Source: an uncultured Actinomycetota bacterium
GTDB lineage: Bacteria > Actinomycetota > Actinomycetes > Actinomycetales > CAWJMD01
Direction of reading: 5' to 3'
DNA: 64,000 nucleotides
Assembly: GCA_963750285.1 (NCBI GenBank)
Contig: CAVVQA010000003.1
Coordinates: forward strand, 43,014 to 107,013
The notes under the pieces: generated by a model
Seen by the model: the letters and a program-made list of their open reading frames with translations, nothing else
Databases searched by the model: none
Told to the model about the DNA's origin: nothing
Part shown: piece by piece, positions 58,892 to 64,000 of the stretch
Position numbering within the stretch: the first letter of the stretch is position 1
Layout: each line of letters starts with the position of its first letter
Made by a program: the position numbers and the translations under genes

Positions 58892-60360
58892 CGTCGCCCT
58901 CCGCTGGCGCGGGGCAGCTGCAGCACGAACCGCGCGCCGCCGCGCGCGGCGTCCTCGACGTGCACCGAACCGCCGTGCGCGCGCACCGTCTCGGAGACCA
59001 GGCTCAGACCGAGCCCGGTGCCGGGCAGCGACCCGCGCGAGCCGCCGCGCACGAAGCGCTCGAAGATCCGCTCCCGCTCGTGCGGCGGGACGCCCGGCCC
59101 GGCGTCCTCGACCACCACCTCCACCTGGGGGTCGGTCCCGTCGCGGCGCCGGACCGTCACCGTCGTCACCCCCGCACCGTGCCGGTCGGCGTTGTCGAAC
59201 AGGTTGACCAGGGCGCGGGCGAGCTGGAGCTTGTCGACGGCGACCGGCGCGGGGCCGTCGGTGCCGGCGTCGAGGAGGTGGTCGGGCCGACCGCTGGTGA
59301 CGAGCGCCTCGCGCACCAGCTCGCGGGCGTCGACGACCTGCCGGTCGCGCGCCGCGCCGTCCCTGGCCGCGTCCAGCCGGCCGAGCTCGAGCAGGTCGTC
59401 GACCACCTGACGGAACCGCACGACCTCCGAGCCGAGCAGGTCGACCAGCTCGCGGGTGGACTCGGGCAGCTCGTTCCTGCGTCGCTCCAGCAGCTGGACG
59501 CTGGTGGTGAGCGTCGTCAACGGGGACCTCAGCTCGTGGCTCACGTCGGCGGTGAACCTCGCGTCGCGCTCGATCCTCTCGGTGAGGGCGTCGACCATCG
59601 CGTTGAAGGACCCGACCAGCGTGACCAGGTCCGGGTCCTCGGTGGTGGGCAGCCGGATGGACAGGTCCCCGCCGGCCACCCGCGCCGCCGTGCCGGCGAT
59701 GTCGTCCAGCGGTGCGACCACCCGGCCGGCCGCCCAGCGTCCGAGCAGCGTGGCGCCCAGCACGGTCAGCGCGGCGAAGGCCCCGAGCACCCAGGCGAGG
59801 GTGTTCAGCGTCCGCTGCAGCTCGGGGGTCCGGCTCACCTCGAAGAAGTCCGCGCCCACGGCGGGGATCGGCACCCCGATGGCGACGAAGGCACCTTCGG
59901 GGTCCGCCCCCCACCGCGACACCACCCGTCCCGCCTGCACGGCCTCGCGCACCTCGGCCGGCACGAGGTCGCGGGTCTGCGTCAGGGAGGTGGAGTACCA
60001 CTCCTCGTCGCGGCGGACGAAGATCAGCGAGTCGGCGGGTGGGGACGCGGCTCCGAGCACCTCGCTCACCGGCCGGGTCTCGGTCAGCATGCCGTTGCGG
60101 ACGAACGAGGCGTCCGCGAACGCCTGCTGGCGCGCCACGCGCTCGCGCTGGTCCACGAGGTACTCGCGGGCCGTGACGTAGGTCCCGACCGACATCACCC
60201 CGGCGAGCAGGAGCCCTCCGACGGCGAACGCCAGCGTGAGGGTGCGTCGCAGGCCCCGGGGACGTCGGGCGCGGCGGGCGGCGGTGCCCTGCTCGGTCCC
60301 CAGGGCGGCGAGCGCCGGTCCCGACGCGAGGTCGGCGGTGAGGTGGGTGGACGCGGTCAC
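58888..60360 (-). CDS. HAMP-domain sensor histidine kinase
   Basis: 'SHELRSPLT', 'NL.DNA', 'DAGPG', 'FERF', 'GTGLGL'. Confidence 0.92.
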   Translation of the reverse strand: MTASTHLTADLASGPALAALGTEQGTAARRARRPRGLRRTLTLAFAVGGLLLAGVMSVGTYVTAREYLVDQRERVARQQAFADASFVRNGMLTETRPVSEVLGAASPPADSLIFVRRDEEWYSTSLTQTRDLVPAEVREAVQAGRVVSRWGADPEGAFVAIGVPIPAVGADFFEVSRTPELQRTLNTLAWVLGAFAALTVLGATLLGRWAAGRVVAPLDDIAGTAARVAGGDLSIRLPTTEDPDLVTLVGSFNAMVDALTERIERDARFTADVSHELRSPLTTLTTSVQLLERRRNELPESTRELVDLLGSEVVRFRQVVDDLLELGRLDAARDGAARDRQVVDARELVREALVTSGRPDHLLDAGTDGPAPVAVDKLQLARALVNLFDNADRHGAGVTTVTVRRRDGTDPQVEVVVEDAGPGVPPHERERIFERFVRGGSRGSLPGTGLGLSLVSETVRAHGGSVHVEDAARGGARFVLQLPRASGGRR

Positions 60361-60373
60361 GGCCGGTGCCGGG

Positions 60374-61090
<717 letters not shown>

Positions 61091-61214
61091 GACCTCATCG
61101 TGCCACCCGCCGCGAGGCGGTCCGCCCTGCTGCGCGGGACCGGCCCCCATTCGTCACACAACCGCAAACTCGCCGTGGGGCGTCCTGTCACATGCCGAGG
61201 GCACAGTGATCGCC

Positions 61215-61526
61215 ATGACCAGCGAGGCGGTGACGCGACCCGAGGACGACGTCCTCGTGCACGTGGGCGACGACCCCTCCGAGGGCCTGGTGTCACTGCG
61301 TCCCCGGCTGCGCGAGCACGCCGCTGCCGGTGGGCGGGTGGCCGTCGTCGACGTCACCGACCTGAGCCGGGTGTCGTCGGCCACGCTCACCGGGCTGCTG
61401 GTGGCCAAGCGCCGGTGCCGCGCGCTCGGGGTGCGTCTCGAGCTGAGGGGCGCGGCACCGGCCGTGCACGTCATGCTCTACAAGGCGGGGCTCCTGGACG
61501 ACCCGCTCCCTGCAGGTGCGCGGTGA
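61215..61526 (+). CDS. STAS-domain (anti-anti-sigma-like) protein
   Basis: 'VVDVTDLSRVSSATL..L..A.R.....G..L.L......V..ML..AGL'. Confidence 0.65.
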   Translation: MTSEAVTRPEDDVLVHVGDDPSEGLVSLRPRLREHAAAGGRVAVVDVTDLSRVSSATLTGLLVAKRRCRALGVRLELRGAAPAVHVMLYKAGLLDDPLPAGAR

Positions 61527-62074
61527 CGGTGCTGACGCCGCCGCAGGCGCTCCCCACCCTGGCCGGCGGTGGGTGGGAGCTGTTCACGGTCTGCACGCCG
61601 CGCGGCTACCTCGGCGTACGGCGTGGTCGTGACGAGGAGGTGGCCGTCGAGCTGGGCGACCTGTGCCCGGACGGCGTGGCCCCCACCAGCGGCACCAGCA
61701 CGGTCCAGCTCGGTCACGACGGCCAGGTCACCGTGTCGTGCCTGTCGGCCCCGCCCGCCCTGTGGTCCGGTCGTGCCGGGGAGCGGCTGGTGCCCGAGCT
61801 GCCGTCGTGCCGCGAGGAGATGTCGCTCGACGCCGGTGACCTGCTCGTCCTGTGCTCGGCCGACGTGCTGGAGCACCTCGACCACGGCCTGCCCCACCTC
61901 ACCGCGGTCACGGCCGCGATCACCGACCCGAGCCACCGAGCCTGCGCCGTGGCGGCCGACATCGAGGCCCTGACCACCGAGGGTGCCGCCGTCGTGGCCG
62001 TCTGGGTGCCGACCGATCTCGGACGTCGCACGACCATCCACCAGCAGAACCGACCCGAGGAGGCACGCCCGTGA
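61523..62074 (+). CDS. Degenerate SpoIIE/PP2C-like protein
   Basis: 'LDAGDLLVLCSADVLE' resembles the SpoIIE L.pGD.L.LxTDG..E motif; terminal 'GAAVVAV' replaces DD.AVVAV. Confidence 0.45.
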   Translation: MTVLTPPQALPTLAGGGWELFTVCTPRGYLGVRRGRDEEVAVELGDLCPDGVAPTSGTSTVQLGHDGQVTVSCLSAPPALWSGRAGERLVPELPSCREEMSLDAGDLLVLCSADVLEHLDHGLPHLTAVTAAITDPSHRACAVAADIEALTTEGAAVVAVWVPTDLGRRTTIHQQNRPEEARP

Positions 62075-62247
62075 TCAGTCCGTCGTTCGTCGAGGAGGTC
62101 GAGCGCCAGCGCGGCGCCGCCCGTGCCGACCTCGCCCACGCCCTCGCCACCGGCGACGACTCGGGGGCCGTCGCCGCTCGTGCCCGGCTCGCCGACCTCG
62201 ACGACCTGTGCACCCGCACCGCCGAGGTGCCGGTCCTCGTCCTGTGA
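62071..62247 (+). CDS. Small helical hypothetical protein (58 aa)
   Basis: RBS GAGGAGG; GTGA overlap with the upstream gene. Confidence 0.6.
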   Translation: MISPSFVEEVERQRGAARADLAHALATGDDSGAVAARARLADLDDLCTRTAEVPVLVL

Positions 62248-62289
62248 GCGAGGGAGCGGGCTCAGCGCCCGCGCTCGATCGAGCCAGGG

Positions 62290-62814
62290 CTACAGCGTGA
62301 AGTCGCCGGCGGCGGCGCGGGTGCGTCGCAGCAGGGCGTAGAGGTGGTCGGCGTCCTCGACGCTGCTGCGGTCGAGGAAGAACTCGTTGTCCTGCAACGC
62401 CGCCGTCGCCTCGCGCACGACGTCGCGTCCCTCGTCGGTGAGCTCGGCGAGCGTCCGGCGGCGGTCGATCTCGTCCGGCACCCGGCGCACCAGCCCGCCG
62501 GCCTCGAGCCGGTCGATCGCGTTCGTCACCGACGTCGGGTGCACCATCAACCGCTCGCCGATCTTCGACAGGGGCAGCCGCCCCGTGCGGCTGAAGGTGA
62601 GCAGCACCAGCACCTCGTACCGGGCGAAGGTGATGCCGAACGGCTTGAGCGCGGCGTCGATCCGTGCCAGCAGCACCTGCTGCACGCGCATCACCGACGT
62701 CACGACCTTCATCGCGGTGGCGTCACCGATCCGCTCCTCCCAGAGCTCGGCCGCACGGTCGATGGGGTCGAACGGCAGCCGGGGCGGCCGCGCGTCCGCA
62801 GCGGCGCCGCTCAT
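62290..62814 (-). CDS. MarR-family transcriptional regulator
   Basis: 'TFARYEVL...VHPTSVTN.IDRLE..GLV.R....DRR....LT..G'. Confidence 0.9.
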   Translation of the reverse strand: MSGAAADARPPRLPFDPIDRAAELWEERIGDATAMKVVTSVMRVQQVLLARIDAALKPFGITFARYEVLVLLTFSRTGRLPLSKIGERLMVHPTSVTNAIDRLEAGGLVRRVPDEIDRRRTLAELTDEGRDVVREATAALQDNEFFLDRSSVEDADHLYALLRRTRAAAGDFTL

Positions 62815-62993
62815 CCGGCGGAGCCGTGCACGTGGGCGAGGTGGAGCCGCGTCGCCAGGCCGTCCTGCGCGACCGTCGCGGCGCGGCGCTCCTCCCGGTC
62901 CGGGTGCTCCCCGGCGAGGATGCGGTCGAGGTCGACCAGGTCGTCCGCGGTGACGTCGTGCGGGTCGGTCCCGGCGTCCACGGCCTCGCTCAT
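62811..62993 (-). CDS. Small hypothetical protein (60 aa)
   Basis: ATG start; ATGA overlap with the MarR gene. Confidence 0.5.
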   Translation of the reverse strand: MSEAVDAGTDPHDVTADDLVDLDRILAGEHPDREERRAATVAQDGLATRLHLAHVHGSAG

Positions 62994-63002
62994 CCCGTCA
63001 CC

Positions 63003-63998
63003 CTAGGACCGGGGGCCGACCGGGAGGCACCAGCCGTGCCGGGCGGCGATGGCGGTGCCCAGCTCGACCACCGCCGCGCGCACCTGCGGCGGCTCGAGCA
63101 CCTCCCACCCCACCGGTAGCCCGGCCAGGTAGCCGGCCACCCACCGGGCCGACGCCCCGCCCAGCTCCAGCAGGCAGCTGGGGCCGTCGCCGGGCGGGTC
63201 GGGGTCGTCCAGCACCCGCCCGACGGTGCGCGGCACGTGCTGGCGCGCCACCTCGGGAGCGACGTCGACCCGCACCAGGGCGCGCAGCTCGTACGGGCCC
63301 GTCGACGACGCGTGCGCCACCAGGTCGAGCGGGTCGGGCGGGTCGTCGTGACGGAACCGCCGGCCGGTGTCCTCCGCTGTCCCGATCCGGTCCAGCCGGT
63401 AGGTGCGCCAGTCGTTCCGGTGCACGTCGAGACCGACCAGGTACCACCGTCTTCCGGCGTGCACGATGCGCAAGGGCTCGACCTCGCGGTCGATCACGGT
63501 GCCGTGGGCCGTGGTGTAGCCGACCCGCACGGCGGCCCGGTGCCGGCAGGCCTGCGCCAGCACGAGCAGCACCTCGGTGGCGAACGGGTCGAGCGCGGGG
63601 CCGGGGAGGTGGACGGTGGCCTCGTCGACGTCGCGCACCCGGCCCGCCAGCTCGGTGGGGAGCACCTGCTGGAGCTTGGCCAGTGCGCTCACACCGGCCG
63701 CCTCGAACCCGGGTGCCGAGCCACCGGCGGCCGAGCGGAGGGCGAGGGTGACCGCCACCGCCTCGTCGTCGTCGAGCACCAGCGGTGGCAGCGCCTCCCC
63801 GCGTCGCCACCGGTACCCGCCCGCCGGCCCGGGCTCGGCCTGCACCGGGTAGCCGAGCTCGCGCAGCCGGGTCACGTCGCGGCGCACCGTTCGGCCGGTG
63901 ACGCCGAGCCGCTCAGCCAGCTCGGCGCCGGTCCACACCGGGCGTCCCGGCAGCAGGGCGAGCAGCCGCAGCAGCCGGGTCGTCGAGGTCACCACCAC
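63003..63998 (-). CDS. HTH-WYL-WCX transcriptional regulator (YafY/PafC-like)
   Basis: 'ELAERLGVT.RTVRRD...LR.LGY', 'RWYLVG', 'WRTYRLDRI'. Confidence 0.9.
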   Translation of the reverse strand: MVVTSTTRLLRLLALLPGRPVWTGAELAERLGVTGRTVRRDVTRLRELGYPVQAEPGPAGGYRWRRGEALPPLVLDDDEAVAVTLALRSAAGGSAPGFEAAGVSALAKLQQVLPTELAGRVRDVDEATVHLPGPALDPFATEVLLVLAQACRHRAAVRVGYTTAHGTVIDREVEPLRIVHAGRRWYLVGLDVHRNDWRTYRLDRIGTAEDTGRRFRHDDPPDPLDLVAHASSTGPYELRALVRVDVAPEVARQHVPRTVGRVLDDPDPPGDGPSCLLELGGASARWVAGYLAGLPVGWEVLEPPQVRAAVVELGTAIAARHGWCLPVGPRS

Positions 63999-64000
63999 AT

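Noticed and set aside
63003-63998. WYL regulator as a marker of a defence island
   Set aside because: Ordinary YafY-type architecture next to MarR; no defence genes on the visible side, and the other side is outside the window.

Overview
Very GC-rich actinobacterial chromosomal DNA; lower-level taxonomy cannot be read from the sequence. It is mostly housekeeping and accessory genes: maltose ABC (malE/malF/malR-like), trehalose otsAB, a Ser/Thr kinase, a CopC-MauE-DsbA operon, tRNA-Thr(UGU), ArsR/SRPBCC pairs, two ECF sigma loci, ABC exporters, two TPP-dependent E1 enzymes, ogt, aroQ, an acyl-CoA dehydrogenase, an RR-HK-GerMN system and a WYL regulator. I see no integrase, intact transposase, phage module or CRISPR array. 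Many genes carry single-base frameshifts (densest at about 30.3-33.3 kb), which look like long-read consensus errors, so several long ORF-track 'fusions' are artefacts. The most notable observations are: (1) a membrane HD-GYP c-di-GMP phosphodiesterase fused to five extracellular Ig-like repeats and a distal beta-sandwich; (2) a shared upstream motif, TTCAC-N4-ACGGCTCA, plus FliA-like promoters in front of the c-di-GMP turnover genes; (3) a tRNA-Thr followed by chained 5'-truncated tRNA-like copies with a changed anticodon; (4) an uncharacterised four-gene operon (DxDxDG protein, unknown protein, DUF1795-like protein, TPR membrane protein); (5) a STAS/pseudo-PP2C/micro-protein operon divergent from the two-component system; (6) a MITE-like insert splitting a GTGA-coupled gene junction. 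All family calls come from motif recognition by eye, not database searches.
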